A stretch of DNA of 64,000 bases. Origin: Amphiscolops sp. MND2022 (lineage: Eukaryota). The notes under the pieces were generated by a model, which had not been told where the DNA came from, ran no database searches, and was given only the letters and a program-made list of their open reading frames with translations. Positions 1-13,670 of the stretch are shown piece after piece (positions within the stretch are counted from its first letter, which is position 1; each line of letters starts with the position of its first letter). The position numbers were made by a program, and so were the translations under genes. Where the stretch lies: NCBI GenBank assembly GCA_964187785.1, contig OZ076409.1:33730001-33794000 (forward strand). Direction: 5' to 3'.

Positions 1-228
1 TTTCTGAAAAAAAATTAGGCGAAGTGACCAAAGTAAAAGACGTTTCGCCTAAAAAAATTAGGCGAAGTGACCAAACACGTTAGGCGAAATGACTTTAGGC
101 GAAATGGCATTAGGCGAAATGACCATTTCCCCCCTAAATGCAGGAGCGAAGCGAAGCAACGTGCCATATGGCCATGCCTCAATGTTGCTACTTGGCGAAG
201 GGAGCGAAGCGACCGAGCCATACAACAA
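1..228. repeat. Non-autonomous repeat: (TTAGGCGAARTGAC)n minisatellite plus GCGAAGC-rich core
   Basis: Tandem ~15-bp ttaggcgaa(a/g)tgac units at 15-125. The core at 133-228 recurs, inverted and diverged, at ~11235-11340, next to a related ggccaagtgac array. Confidence 0.7.
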
Positions 229-339
229 ATACGATAAAATTCGACAGCATTCCATTCGATCCCTGCAATTCGATCAAAAGGTTCGACCTCTGTCCTTTCG
301 ACCAGAAAAATTCGACCTATTTAAAGCCACCCAAAACAA

Positions 340-555
340 CCAAAAAGCTACTCAAACCAGCAACTATGCAGTCGACCGGTAGAATTTATTCAAAGCTGCT
401 ATGATATAAAGGACAAAAAAATTAGGTTATATGTAATAAATTTCTTCGAACGCATCTCTGTCGCTCACAGTTCCTAGAACACAGGCCGCATTGCCGATCT
501 GAAGAGCCATTGAAATCCGTTGCTTCAAAAAGCTGCCATCTCGTTGATCGTCATT
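340..555 (-). mobile_element. 3'-terminal fragment of the CRE-like non-LTR retrotransposon (5'-truncated copy)
   Basis: 430-540 is nearly identical to 3918-4030 and encodes GSFLKQRISMALQIGNAACVLGTVSDRDAFEEIYYI* on the minus strand. The 3'UTR-like flank is also similar. Confidence 0.8.
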
Positions 556-1059
556 AAGTTTATAAATTTAATTGAAGAATCTTTTCGTTGTAATTCAAGG
601 TGATAGCCAAAATTGCATTTTTGAGGAAGAACCCTGAAAAGTTGCAAGATTGCACAAAATGTCGCACTAATCGCTAATTGCCCCCATGTTTTCGATAAAT
701 GCTAATTGAAATTGCATGCCTCAAAGTCGCAATTAATTGCAATTGCTTGCAATTAATTGCTTTTGAAATTGCAATCCCTGACCATATGATCTTTCATTGT
801 ATTATGTCAAAGAGCGATGACTATGTCACTCGTACGAGACGATGTGATTCACAGTAATCCCTGCGGCATTAGACGCTAGATAAAGCATTTCATAAAAACC
901 GAAATTTTGCAGCTACACAGGTGAACTGTCAAGCCCAAATAAGAATAGGTGCCATCGACACGATTACCATTTGGAAGTCGGGAAAAACAACAAATTTACA
1001 ATGGATCAATAAAATTGAGAATCGAAAAGTACTTGGTCTATAAATTTGGATATGAGACA

Positions 1060-2155
1060 AACTGTCGACGGACAATTTGCCGAAAGTTGACTCAGGGACA
1101 ATTTGCCGAATAATTTTCGGCAAATTGACCTTCACCTTCGGCAAATTGGGTTTCGGCAAATTGTCTTCCGGCAGATTGTCTTGCGGCAAACAGTCCCGTA
1201 TCCGGCTTTTGCTCCTGCGAACTGTTTAAATTTGATTAGGCACTTCTCCTCACCTAAAGTGGGGTCATATACGGTGTATGCACACTCGCCCTCACCGTCG
1301 CAAAACCAGCTCCCACTACGATCGCTTCGCGATCTCCGTTCCCGCTACGTCTTTGCTCCTGTTCGACCTCGCTTAGATAGATGGGAATATAGGCGGCCCC
1401 AAGAGGCCGCGGGCCTCTATAGGAAACGAGGGCATGTCCGACGGCCAAAAACATTGTTATTTGAAAACGCTAGGTATTCGGCAAATTGTCCCTACAAAAT
1501 TCGGAAAACTCAAAGGGACAATTTGCCGAAAAAAAATCGGCAAGTTGTCCTTCACGTTCGGCAAATTGGGTTTCGGAAAATTGTCTTCCAGCAAATTGGC
1601 CCTAACCCTATTTATTTCTCATCGAAATGTCGAGACATTTTTATTTTCAAATTTGGACACCTCTTCAGGTGCGATACCAGGTGGAAATACTGCTGATACA
1701 TCAGAAGTGACGAATTAGGTCCAGTTTGTAGAATACCAGTTTGTAGACTTGTACAAACTGGTCCTAGGTGCTTCAGTTTGTGGAATTTTTATCTACAAAC
1801 TGAATCATTAAATTCTACAAACTGGACATCCTTGACACAAGATCCTGAGAGCTCAACTGCCTAAGATCTGAAAGAATAAGATCTAAAAACCGAAATGTTA
1901 GACAATTCTGGAGTATGCACGCTCGCCCTCACCGTCGCAAAGACCAGCTACCACTACGATCGCTTCGCGACCTCCGTTCCCGCAAGGTCTTTCCTCCTGT
2001 TCGACCTCGCTTAGCAAGATGGGAACAAAAGCGGCCTCAAGGACCTGCGGGTTACTAGAGGAAAAGGGGACATACCCTAGGTTTGTAGAAAACTGGACCT
2101 CACTTATCTACAAACTAGAATCTACAAACTGGTTTTCTACAAACTGGTTCCATAC
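1060..2155. repeat. Repeat with a shared ~170-bp core flanked by different inverted minisatellite arrays
   Basis: Core gtatgcac.ctcgccctcaccgtcgcaaa...gttcgacctcgcttag at ~1276-1440 and ~1912-2075. It is flanked by (ttcggcaaattg/caatttgccgaa) arrays and (tctacaaactgg/ccagtttgtaga) arrays respectively. Confidence 0.7.
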
Positions 2156-3916
2156 CGAAGTGACAAGCGAGAACACGCTCAGGAATTGTTTAAAAAACCC
2201 TAAAAGTTTCCGATTTTTAACAACCATTTTCGCAATGACGAATAATCTAAGAAAGAAACTTTCACCACATTGAATATAATACCCACCATTGTTAGTTGTT
2301 CTTAATATTGGGCAGGTTCAAAGTGAAATTGGCAAAATTAACGAAAAATGTAAAGTAATTGGAAAAATCATCCGAAGATATAAAAATTGCGCCGATGGAA
2401 AATTTCCGTAGAAAAGTTACATTGTCAGAAAAGTAATCAATGGTAGCACTTTTTTTCAAATCATTCCAATGTTAGTCGTCATTTTTCAACGTCCAGTGAT
2501 GAATCTTTCAACCACTGAAATGGGGGGTCCTGATCCGTCAGCTGACGCCTATGTTTGGCCGGTTTGATGTGGTTTATCAACCGAGAATAGGCAAAATTGG
2601 CAAAAACTTTTATATTTATCCAAAACATCACGTTTCCGAAGCTTAAAAACTGGTGCCAGCCTAAAAATCTCCTAAAATCTCCGAGAGGGCCCAGGACTAA
2701 TGGGTTCTACAGAAGTGCGCCTAACCAGCCCCAATAGCTTGGGGTAAGTCAACACACAATTTCCGATTTTTATTCGCCATTTTCTCATCGACCAATGATC
2801 GTAGGATAATGAAACTTGCATGATCTTAGGGAAGACATCCTCTTGCGTCGGACGGTACTAATCAGAGCCGGTTCGATGTCGTTTAAGTAGTAAAATTGAG
2901 CAAAATCTACATTTAGAAAATTTTTCGCAAGAAAACCCAAACAATTTCCGATTTTGAATAGCCATTTTCTCGACGCCCAATAATTGTAAGATAATGAAAC
3001 TTTCACGACTTTAAAGAAGACATCCTCGTGCGTCAGTTAGTATTTGTTTTGAGACGGTTCGATATGGTTCAAGTGAAAAAATTACGCAAAATCGGAAAAC
3101 TCCTGAAAGTGTTTTTGCAAAAATCGTGTTTTCGAAGCTAATAAAATCGCCCAGGCGGAAAATTTTCGGAATTTTCTTAACCAGAAAGGGCATTCAGTTG
3201 CGATACTGTTTTTAAAGTTTTGAATTCTCTCGAAGAAATAGGCTAGGAGAAAAATAGCCGAATTTTTTGCCAATGCAGAAGGATGTTACGTTTAGGCAAA
3301 AAAAACCGACGCAAACAATAAGGCATCTGGTTTCACTCGTCGCCTTAAAAAGCAATGTAACTTACAAAAACTTGTAAAACCTTCACGCAGTTCCAACCAG
3401 AGTACCCAAAAGTAATTCTACACTTCATTAGGGTGCTAGTGCAAGCTATGATATTCAAAATTGTAAATCTCGGAAGAGAAACAGAGCCATAACTACTTCA
3501 AAAATCTATCCTGAAGCGAGTCGCAAAACGCTTTGTAAAGCCAAAAATGTTTTCAATATGTAGTGGTAGCTGTTGTAGAGATCAATACATTGTTTGTAAT
3601 TACATATCTGAATTAATGTCAATATTGAATAAATACCTGCCTAAAGAACTCAGCAAAAAAGAATCAGTTTAAAGATGGGCGCTCATAAATTTTTTTCTAT
3701 CAGATATCATGGATCTTCGTTATGAATCAAGTGCCGTGTGTGTTATGTTGGTGGAAAAGACACACACCCGTGGTCTGCAACGAAAGTAGGGAACCCCATA
3801 CCAGCCACTATCCCAATAACAAAAAAAAACAACCAACAAACTACTCATACCAGCCACTATCTCAGTCGACCTGTAATTTTTTCAAAGCTGCAATTATTGA
3901 GGTTCAAAAAATTGAA

Positions 3917-6900
3917 CTATATGTAATAAAGTTCTTCGAACGCATCTCTGTCGCTCACAGTTCCTAGAACACAGGCCGCATTGCCGATCTGAAAAGCCAT
4001 TGAAATCCGTTTCTTCAAAAAGCTGCCAGCTCATTACTAGTCGTGTCAACGACAGAGCTTTTTTCAGAGACGCCTGATGAAAATTTCACTGCTCTCGCCT
4101 AAAGAACCCTGCATTTCCAATACCACTGGTTGAAAAATGTATACATAGTCTAATAATTCGCGATACTTCTCAATTTTACGCGCTTCAGCCTCGGTGGGGT
4201 GGCTCCCGGGTAGCATAAAGATCATTGATTTAGACGACTGGGTGCAGAGCATCCACAACCGTGACAACCCACACCAGCTGTTCACCTAAATTCCAACGAA
4301 TCATGGTAATATCGTCTAGGCGTTTGCCCTCAGTTCGGTACAGTCCACGCGGTTCGAGCATTGAAAGCAAGATGGGAGATTCCAACGTCTGCTTTATAAT
4401 AGAAGTGAGAGTAGCATGACGTGAGAAGCGAGCAGTACTTTTGGTGCAAGAAAGACCTTGTAAACCGTCCCGATCGACTCTTTTACCACAATGGCACGTA
4501 TGCGCAACACAGATGTTGGGTCCGAGACGCAAAACAATTGAAATCCGGAGCTGCTGATCATCAAGTTTCAGGCCTAGTTTCATGCCAGGAACGACGTTCA
4601 GCCGTTGAGACTCCAAGTTTCCTTGTTGAAAGTTTAAAATTTTCGAACAATTGTCATTCATTTTAGAAGTCGAATCTTGGGCGGTTTTGACGTAGAGAGG
4701 TTGTGTCAAATATTTCTGGGTTTCATCGAGAGGACTTTTCTGTTCATTCGTCAAACCATTTCTCAAGCGCTTTTGTAAACGAACTATCTTCGAATGCTTC
4801 CGAGCAAAGCGTCGTGAGAAAGCCACACGCACCAACAGCTGAGGCCAAAAAGGCTGGAAACTCTAATAACGATGCTCGTGAAACCCCAAGAGCATTCTTT
4901 CAGCGGGCAGAGCCAGCTCAGTACAAAAAATATTGTCGAAATTCACAACCCGCCGCGTACGGTTTTGTCATACTTTTCCAAGAGAGCTTGGTGTTTGAAA
5001 CATGTACAGGTTCTCAAGAAATACAACAACTTTGGCAGGCTGAAGCATTTTTTCAACACAAAAGAACATAATGCGCATCTAGTTTTTCAACAATTCGACT
5101 TTTTTTCCAGTTCATTGATTTTCTTTTCCAATGAGTCTGTTCGTGATATCAGGCCGAGCTGTGAATCAAGAATTATAAGTTAGTCTTTCTTTGGAGTTTT
5201 GATACCAGGGCAAAGATTTTGGAAAGGTGCTAAAATTGTCGATTGTCGTTTTTCAGTGATGTCACAAAGGACGATATTTTCGCATTTCGTGGGTTTATTT
5301 TTGAGTCCATCGTTTTTTTCGCTTCAACATTTTTTTGAGATCTTTCAAAACGGTTCTGTAATCATCACTTAAGTTTCCATCGTCAAGGTACCAAAAATTT
5401 GTTTTCGACTCCAAACTGTCAACCAGATCCTGAATGGCATCCGAAAACAAAGCTGGAGACTCAGGATCTTTCTGCTGGGTCCCTTCACAAGATTTGATTA
5501 CTGAATCACCGTAGAAATGAAAACTTGGCTAATTGTCCGCCGAGTGTGAGTACTTATTAACTTCAGGGTGTATCTCAAAAGTTTTCTCTAGCATGAATTG
5601 TTGGTTTATCGAATTGAAAGCGTTATCAAATTTACGTTTTCTTTGGGCCGCGTGCTTTCTATCAAACAACGAAAAATATATGAGGCCAATTCAGCGCCCC
5701 TGTTGGTGCCTACACCTTAATGTCGAATTCCATATCTTGCTTGATGTGATTCGAAGACATGGTGTTCGGCACATTTTGCGGACAACCGGCGGAAAGAATT
5801 GCCGACGGCGATAGGACGAGGTTTTCCGTCGGACTTTTTTTAGCGCAATTAGTTTCGCACCGAAGAAGTACGGCCGAAGTTCGCAGGAAATTTTTTCCTT
5901 CGAGAATCACATTCACAGAATTTGTTAAGGCTCTGAGAAAATTCAGTCCAGTTTTCATGTTCGAATTTGCAGTCAAATTTTCAAAACTTGAGGCGAAATG
6001 CCATCCAACCCTGCACTAGAGCCGTTGGGGAAGGACATGAGAGCCTTGGGGACGTAAAGCCCCGATGTTGAAAAACAAACAAAATTGTGGGGTCCGGAAC
6101 AGAGCGAATTTTCATCTGCGGATGCGGAAGTTTCAGCTTGAGGGTCGTGTAGTTGTTGACCGTGAAATCTGCAATCTTGTCGTCGCCTACTGCCATTCTG
6201 ATTCCAGCCATAAAAATACCTTCATCTAGTTTAGTGCAAATGGAACGCAGTCATCGATCTAACTGGCTTTTCTGCTGTTTTTTTTCTGTCGCATTTCAAA
6301 TTTATCTCAATGACACCGTCCCGAATACGCTTGCTGATAATCGCACTGAGTGATGACCTTTGCAGTTTACCTCCTCGAGGTGGTTTTTCCTGAGAGGATA
6401 ACAATAAGCACCACAAGGCAATCTTTGACGGGGTTACACAAATATCCTTAAATTTGGGTATCAAGTTTTCAGCTAAGGGGATGCGTGAACTTTTGAGAAC
6501 TCTTTCCGAGTGAACAACGCCTGAATTAAAAAGGGTGTCTGATCTGAAGTTATCATCGTGACACTGAAGGATAGTGTTCACTAAAGAGCATCGACAACAT
6601 TTAAATTCGGCAATGACCTGGGCCTCCGTTCTTGATGTATTGGCGCATTTTATAATAACCCATCCGTTGCAAAGCCCACAGTTTACCGAGTCTATCAACC
6701 ATGAGGGCTTCAGGCACTTCAGAGCGTTGCTGGTTTCGGCAACCTCAAAACCATTTGCAAGAAAACCACAATTGGGTGTGTGGTAATCTCCCGAAAAACC
6801 ATCACCACAGTGAAGCAATCCGTATGTGAAACAAGACCTTGAATTGATAAAACGAAAAATGAATGGAATTATCTTACCGGGATGTGATGGTTCTTTCAGC

Positions 6901-7010
6901 CCAAGTGCATCGACAAACCAACACAACAGCGTCTGCGATGTTGTCCAGCTGTCTCAAATTCGAATCGTTGCCATCTCTGAAGCTATTCAACAAGCCTATC
7001 ACAACAATTA
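3917..7010 (-). mobile_element. Decayed CRE-clade (RLE-type) non-LTR retrotransposon: PHD-like finger, RT, CCHC and restriction-like endonuclease
   Basis: Frameshifted minus-strand fragments. RT motifs include FDNAFNSI, GTQQKDPESPALF and YLDDG. C-terminal motifs include LRLG..CHCG..GLSC..RH..., LEPRGL..GKR.D..T...W...LVW.VTVVD, EAEARKIEKY and QRISMALQIGNA. Confidence 0.8.
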
Positions 7011-7341
7011 GGCTAATGAATATCTAATGAAATCATGAAAATTGAAACTGAATTTTTCTATGCGCTCGCGTCCACTCCATGATACGTTCCCGTAAAGTCC
7101 CATGTAAGAAACTTGGCTCAATATCTCTAGACGGAACAGGCTGCTTCAACCGTCAAAAAAGTTTAAAAACCGGAGTATCCACTGTATCCTAAAAACCCTC
7201 GAATGAAACAAGTTTTTCAATATCCACGAATTTACGAACTCATTATGATTTTTCTTTATTTAGTTTTTTCCTCACAGTTGATTCAGGGTGACCCTCACTA
7301 ATATCTAATGCATAAAGTCGACAAATTCTAGCATACGTCGG

Positions 7342-10300
7342 TGTAGTAGCTTTGCAAAGCAAACGTAAGACGAACTTTCAATTGCACGTATAAATCATTA
7401 TCAGCTCAATCTGAAAAGACACAATTCACAACCATCAGATTTACTGTTTACATTAAATATACACGAAGTCACCACACTCTCCCAGCCTTTGTATTCTGAG
7501 TCGGGCTTTTTTTTCGTAGCGGCGATGACGTTTCTTCGATAGAATGTTTGGATAGGAATATGTTCAAAGCAACATCCGACAACTTTCAAAGCAACAAATC
7601 TTTGTACTGCCTTGGCAGGGCTCGGGGCTCTTCTACATCGGACATTTGATTGCTCTGGCGGAAGTTCCTGCGACGTATCAGATGCGACTGTCTAACTTTT
7701 CTTTCGTCGGGTTCTGCTCCGTAGGATTGGGTGGCTGTGGTTCCTCCGATATGTATTTCGTGGCAACCGGGTCAATTCGCTTTTTCTCTGGGTACGGAAC
7801 CACTGCGTGCCGATAATTGGCGCAGAATTCGTGCAAAGGGCACTTGTAAATCGTCTTTAGACTTCTTTTTAAAGTTCTCTATGGATATGGCTGATTCCTT
7901 GCACATCCAGTCGGTCGTAGAACTGAAACCAGCTGGCATTTAGTGAATTTTGTTGAAACTTAGATAGTTCTGGTCCAGCAAAGAGCGCCTTTTTTATTCC
8001 AAACAGACGGTTGTGAGGACATTCGAAACCAATTTCCCTTGAAAACAAATAGCGAATACTGCACAAAACTTACGGAATCTCTTCGTTCAGTAAGCGAAGC
8101 TGGTGGTACGCGAACTTCAGGACTGTGTAGGAAAACCAGTGTCAGGAGCTCAGTTTCAACAACATATGTTCAATGACCCGCATGAGACAAGCCTCTGGAC
8201 TAGTGTACTGATGCACTGTTGTAGAATATTCAATGCACATTCGGTTTTTGTGATTAGCGGTATTGGACAACACTACCTGAGCCCACCAAAGGAATTGTCA
8301 CTTCTCTATGACACCGGCTTCATCTAGCGTTTTGACTTCCAGCTGAATTCTTCCTCACTCCTGAATCGAGAAGGGCAATGTATCGGGCTGGCATTCTCCT
8401 GCATTGGTACGATAAGGAAAGTCTCCAGGATTGCCGGATTGCCAACGTCGTTGCTTCGAAAAAAAGTGTCCCTCCACTCGTGTCTCTCAAGTTACAAATG
8501 TGGTGATGCAGAGATAATTATGTTGACCGTTAGTCTCATATCGAGCAGTTGATGCGCAAAATCTGTTGTTTCGCAACAGATTGTTCTCTTACAGTGAGGG
8601 ACCTTGCCACTTACGGAGTTGACTAGGAAGTGTTGTGATACGCTATAGACTCTATAGCAAGATTGAAGCGTCGCAGGCGTCTTTTGTAATATAAACTTGC
8701 TACGACATCAGAATCGTCATAGTCGCTATGTCCATCCCTCGCCGCGATTCGTTTCTGCGTCACACGCACTCCTTGGAATCGACCCTTGCTTTTACATTTG
8801 CAACAGTTTTTATCTCTGGCTGGACACGCGGTTTTGTCGTAGAACCTGTGGGATACGCATCAGCGGCATCGACGAGAGTAACCCGAACTATTGACATAAG
8901 CGGGTTTGGTCGGAACCTTAAGTTTTTTGTTTGTCGAAGCAGCCACTGCAAGTTCGTGAAATGACGAACTTGTTTGTTGGGCGGCTTCTACTTCCGCTGC
9001 TCTATCCGCATTGTTCAAGAAACATTGCTTGGTTTTCTGTGTCACCGAGGCGAACGCCCGGTAAACAGCTTGTTTAGTCGTTTCTAAGAAAAGATCCTGG
9101 CAAAAAGCGTCCCTGAAAGCTTCGTAGACGACGTTGCTGGAAAGTTGTAAAACCTCGAAACCTGACGTAAGTCGCTGATTGGTTTGGTTTGGTTTCTGCT
9201 TGAGTGAATACAGTTTTTGTCGCCTCAATAAAACGTTTTTACCCCCCCCCCCAAAAAAAAACCTCGTTTCGAAATCAACAGCTCTTTTGTATTCCGTTTG
9301 CCCTGCGTCTTTCTCATCCTGCGTCAGAAGTAGCCAAGTTAATTGATTGTAAAATTTCACAGCTTTAGACCCAGCGCAGAGGCGGAACAGGTCCAATCGG
9401 TTGGTAGCGTTAGGCTTGATAACTCGAATAGGCTCAGCCAAATCACGTAGGCGTTGATATCTTCTCCGGTAACTAAGGGACAGGGCAGGGAAACTTTGGT
9501 GGCCATTGCAGTAGGTTAGCTCACTACTCTGTTTAACTAAGCAACTCTGGGGAATTTAATTCCGCTAGAATTATAGTTAAATCTACCAGTGAGATATTAA
9601 ACCTGATTGTTGGGTTTTTCGGCGAGCATTCTTATACTTGGATCGGCCCCGTTTGCCTTCCTTGCTTGCTGACTAGTTTACACAGGTCAGTTGAGTTTGC
9701 TTCTACGGTTAGAAAAATAGCCTTTTCAAACGCTACACACGTGTGCAACAGTCGTAGTGATTCAGAGAAGGCCAACCGACATCTCTTGGAAAGCAAGTGT
9801 CTTCTGACGTTGTTTACTAAAATCCATGGTTGGCGAAGCCGAACTCAAAAAATTCCAATTCTGTGGCAAAAAATCAATGCAGGAATACGTTCTCATTGTC
9901 TTCTCGAAATTTCGATTGATTGAAAGGTGCTAAATGGAATGTTCTCGATTGAGGGAAAAAGAGTTATTGATAACGTCGTCCCAAATTACAATGTTTGACA
10001 GCTGCTTGAGTTTTTCTGAATTCAAGAGAAAGTACAAGTTTTTCGAATTCGTTCGCGAATTCGTGTTGAACGATTATCCTCTAAAAACTGTGACGTAAGA
10101 CGCAACATGCCGTTGGTAACAAGGTTGACGCATTTGGGTTTTCACTGGGATTGTGGAGTGACGAAGCTCCTACATTGCAAATCATGGAATGACGATACCG
10201 GAATAATTGAGCTGATAACCTGTGGAAACCTTGCTAAGCAAACGTAAGATGAAAGTTTGGTTCTACGTATAAATAATTATTAGGTCAATCTGAAAAAAAT

Positions 10301-10356
10301 ACAATTTACAACAATCAGGTTTAATGTTAGAGTCAATATTACACGTAATGACCACA
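7342..10356 (-). mobile_element. Old, internally deleted Ty3/Gypsy LTR retrotransposon relic
   Basis: Diverged ~135-bp direct repeats at 7342-7476 and 10221-10356 with TG..CA ends, and a purine tract next to the left copy. Minus strand ~8080-8345 reads EVKTLDEAGVIEK*QFLWWAQVV...RMCIEYSTT...LKFAYHQL, the Gypsy RT N-terminus. Gag-like fragments lie at 8860-9510. No TSD is recognisable. Confidence 0.7.
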
Positions 10357-11234
10357 ATTTTTCGTATAGTTTATCTTCAGTTTTTGTTTACTTCGTTTTT
10401 TGTCACAGATGATTAAGGGGGGGTCCCTCGTGGAAGTCTAAAGCCTAATTTTAGCATACGCCTGGCATCTATTGTCTGAAAAAAAGACGAGTGTTTGAAA
10501 GAAAAAACTTCGAAAAACAACTCAGTGCATGTTTTCGTGGGTGACAGAGTTGGCATCGCTGTTGTATGCACGATTGCCGTCGCCCTTATAAACACCATCC
10601 CCAACTAGATAGTTCACTATCTCCGTTGCTGATAGGTCTCGACCCCTGCGCAACATCGCTCAGCAAGACGTCCGCAGGAAGCACTACACGAAGCGAGGAG
10701 GTTGTCTAAAACTCAGAAATTGTGCGAGCAACATGTTATAGGTTTAAAAAATTAAATTTACACTTTACGTGTACGGCGGTTTCCACATTTTGGACCTAAG
10801 TAAGTGGCCGAAAGCGTTGTCAAAGAGGCTCAACGTGCTACTACTGACAAAATACAGCTTCAACCTCAAAAAGTTCGCATTTCATGACAGTGTACACCTA
10901 CAATACGGTAAAGCACATGAAAAATACCAAAGACATGACCATGTGGTGAGTATTTCGCAATAGTCTATGCGTTCCACTTCCGACGAGGTAGCTACACCCA
11001 TATACCACACGATGTGATCAGAGAGGTTACAAGTCAATTGACTTAAAGTCATTTGGCTTAATTGTTACCTCGAGTAATTTGAAACCTTGCAAGCCAAAAG
11101 ACCACGAAATTGAGCTAAGTCCATTCAAACTCATGCAATGGCGAAAAAAAATTGAAATCCAAAATTGAACTGAAGTTTTGAAGAAACGTTTAGGAAAAGG
11201 AAGTTTATTTATTTGACTTTATTTGAAGGTTAGC

Positions 11235-11560
11235 ATATTTGTTGTATTGCTCGGTCGTTTCGCTATCTTCACTAAGTAGCAACATTGAGGCATGGCAATA
11301 CGGCTCGTCGCTCCGGTTCACTTCGATCCTGCGCTTAGGACATTAGGCGTCATGAACACAGGTGACTACGTTATAATAACAATTTTGACTCAATCTGCCA
11401 CAGGTTTCCAACAAAGTGGTGTTCAGCCAAATGGTATTCAGTCAAGTCACCATCTACCAAGACGTTTAGCTTGAAAAAAACCAGGCCAAGTGACCAAACG
11501 TTTTAGGCCAAGTGACTTTGAGCCAAATAACCTCAACCCAAGTGACCATTCATCCTAAGA
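11235..11560. repeat. Inverted, diverged copy of the repeat at 1-228
   Basis: gctcggtcgtttcgctatcttcactaagtagcaacattgaggcatggc is the diverged reverse complement of ~170-220, and is followed by (ggccaagtgac)n. Confidence 0.7.
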
Positions 11561-13524
11561 GAAACGTTTTTGCTAAATTCATGAACAAAGTTTCCTCTGA
11601 TTGAAATCGAACCAAATCTTCCACTCAACAATGGGAGAAATTTGAAAAGAAGAAGCTCGATAACATGAAACAAATCGATCCTTCACACGGTCCTTTTTCG
11701 ATGTCAAATACGCAGGGTTGAACATGGCAGTTTTGTCAATCTAGTTTTCTGCAAAAATGCTTTTTACTAGAGAGAAAGAAGAGGTTCAAAAAGGTACTTC
11801 GATTGTCCCAGCACGCTATATCCGAAATTTGACCATATCCGAAGTGCATTGCGTTTCACCAAGATGGAATTGAAGGTTCGAAAGCATCGCGTTTTATCCG
11901 AATTTTGACTTCAGTTCCAACTTAAATTGCGTTTTGCTGAGAAGGAGACAAATTTTCAAAACCTTTATATGATAAGTTTCACGTTTTAATAATTTTATAA
12001 TAGGCTTCCGGTCTATTCTTGTTAATTATGAGTTTCGTCGAGATTTCCATTCGCCACTTCAAAAGGAGTCGTACTACTAGTAGCCTGTCTTAATTTGTTC
12101 ATTTGTGAGGTCGGAGGGAGTATCCTGACAAATATCTTTATCAAATTCAAAATTTGATTCGTGTTTTCGCCTGATAAGATTGCTTTCTGAGTTGGGATGA
12201 CCGGGCCTTCTGTTCTCCGCATCCTCTTCTCTTCTGGTTGAGTCGTAGTTTTCATTACCTCTAACTTGGTAAAAAGTTATCAAACGTGGTAATGTTGTTT
12301 CTCAATCTGTGTTATTTCTGTGTTCTTTTGCTCCAAAAGTGTATGAGAAACAGCTTTTATTTTTTTGCTGACTTATGAGGGATCACTTATTGCTCTGCCA
12401 AAGTTCCTGTCAAAGATTTTATCACCGTTTCAGAAACATAAATCGAAGTCACATTATCTTGTACGAAACTACTTGTTTCTGAAGTGTGTTCTTCCCTGTC
12501 GGAAGACTGGGACCTCAAATCTCCTTGACCGTCCTTTCTCTCGATTTCCATGTTGAAAACACAATTAGGTGCGAAAGTATTTGAAATTTGAAGGGATTGG
12601 GTGGAATTAAAGTAGATAAATTATCGCCTACAAAGTGAAACAAACTGCAAAGAACGATAATTCAGTTAGCATTAAAGGGAGACTATTTAGCGAATTCAGG
12701 CGGCTGTGTTCGGTTATTGTTTTTAGGTGAAATTTTCAAAAATGGTTTCTTCAGGGTCTCTTCCTAAGTGTTTTTATTGAGTTATTTTTAAGAACATTAT
12801 CACCAATTTTACTTTTATCTTCATACCGTCGTAATTCTAGTGTCAGGAATTATCAAAGTTTAAAAAATACCATTACATCACATTCCTAGAATGTCTGAAT
12901 ATAAGTCTTACTAAATGCAGGAAAGCGACGGATTAATTCAGAGAAATGTATAAATAATGCTGTTTGCTATGTTATTTTCGCAAACGCTCTTTTGTACAAC
13001 CGCATAATGCAGCATAATGCGTGAGCACAAGTGTGAGTTTGAATTCATCATGCTGTTTCCTAGTCATAACATTATACTGTTTTTCATGGATTTTTCGCAA
13101 AATTATGCTGTGACCATCCTACAGTCTTAGGTATATTACTGCATGATATAATTATTAGGTGGTTAAAAGAGGGGAATTGGCTTGTATCCCCGGGTTGACC
13201 CTCTTACTAGCATCTTGGCTGTCTTGGCAAGATCTTGCAAAATTCTTACTACATCTTGGCAGCCATGGATCAAAATTTTGAAATCTTAGAATTTTTTCGA
13301 TCTTGGCAAGATTCTTACTAAGATCTTACTAAGATGTATCATAGTTGTGTAAGAAATCGCATTTGACGCCAGACGCAAGGACGCACAGGTGCTCACTTCG
13401 TTCGCCCCCTTGAGTCGATGTCAAATACGATTTCTTACACTACTATGGTAATACTCTACTAACCATGTTTTAGAATAAAGTTGAAATTCTTTTAAACTGC
13501 TAAATATTTGTGAATTTCACTCTG

Positions 13525-13670
13525 TAAATGTAAATATTGATTTTCAAAAGAAATTCTTTCAGACTGCTAATTAGTTGAGAAGGTAGATGTAAATATTGAT
13601 TTTCAAACGAAATTCTTCCAGACTGCCAATTAGTTTAGAAGGTAGATGTAAATATTGATTTTCAAAGCAA
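13525..13670. repeat. Subterminal ~61-bp tandem repeat (about 2.5 copies) in the Polinton
   Basis: atgtaaatattgattttcaaa recurs three times at ~60-61-bp spacing. Confidence 0.8.

Noticed and set aside
89..1718. ORFs in the first 1.7 kb (e.g. 1103-1696)
   Set aside because: Translations of minisatellite repeats (RQI/NLPK periodicity), not genes.
10540..10810. Possible pPolB remnant (YGGFHILDLSK resembles the 'Y.GF.ILDLSK' motif)
   Set aside because: Only one short motif match and no continuous frame; needs a translated search to support.
12022..12556. Short minus-strand ORFs, possibly retroelement debris
   Set aside because: No diagnostic motif recognised.
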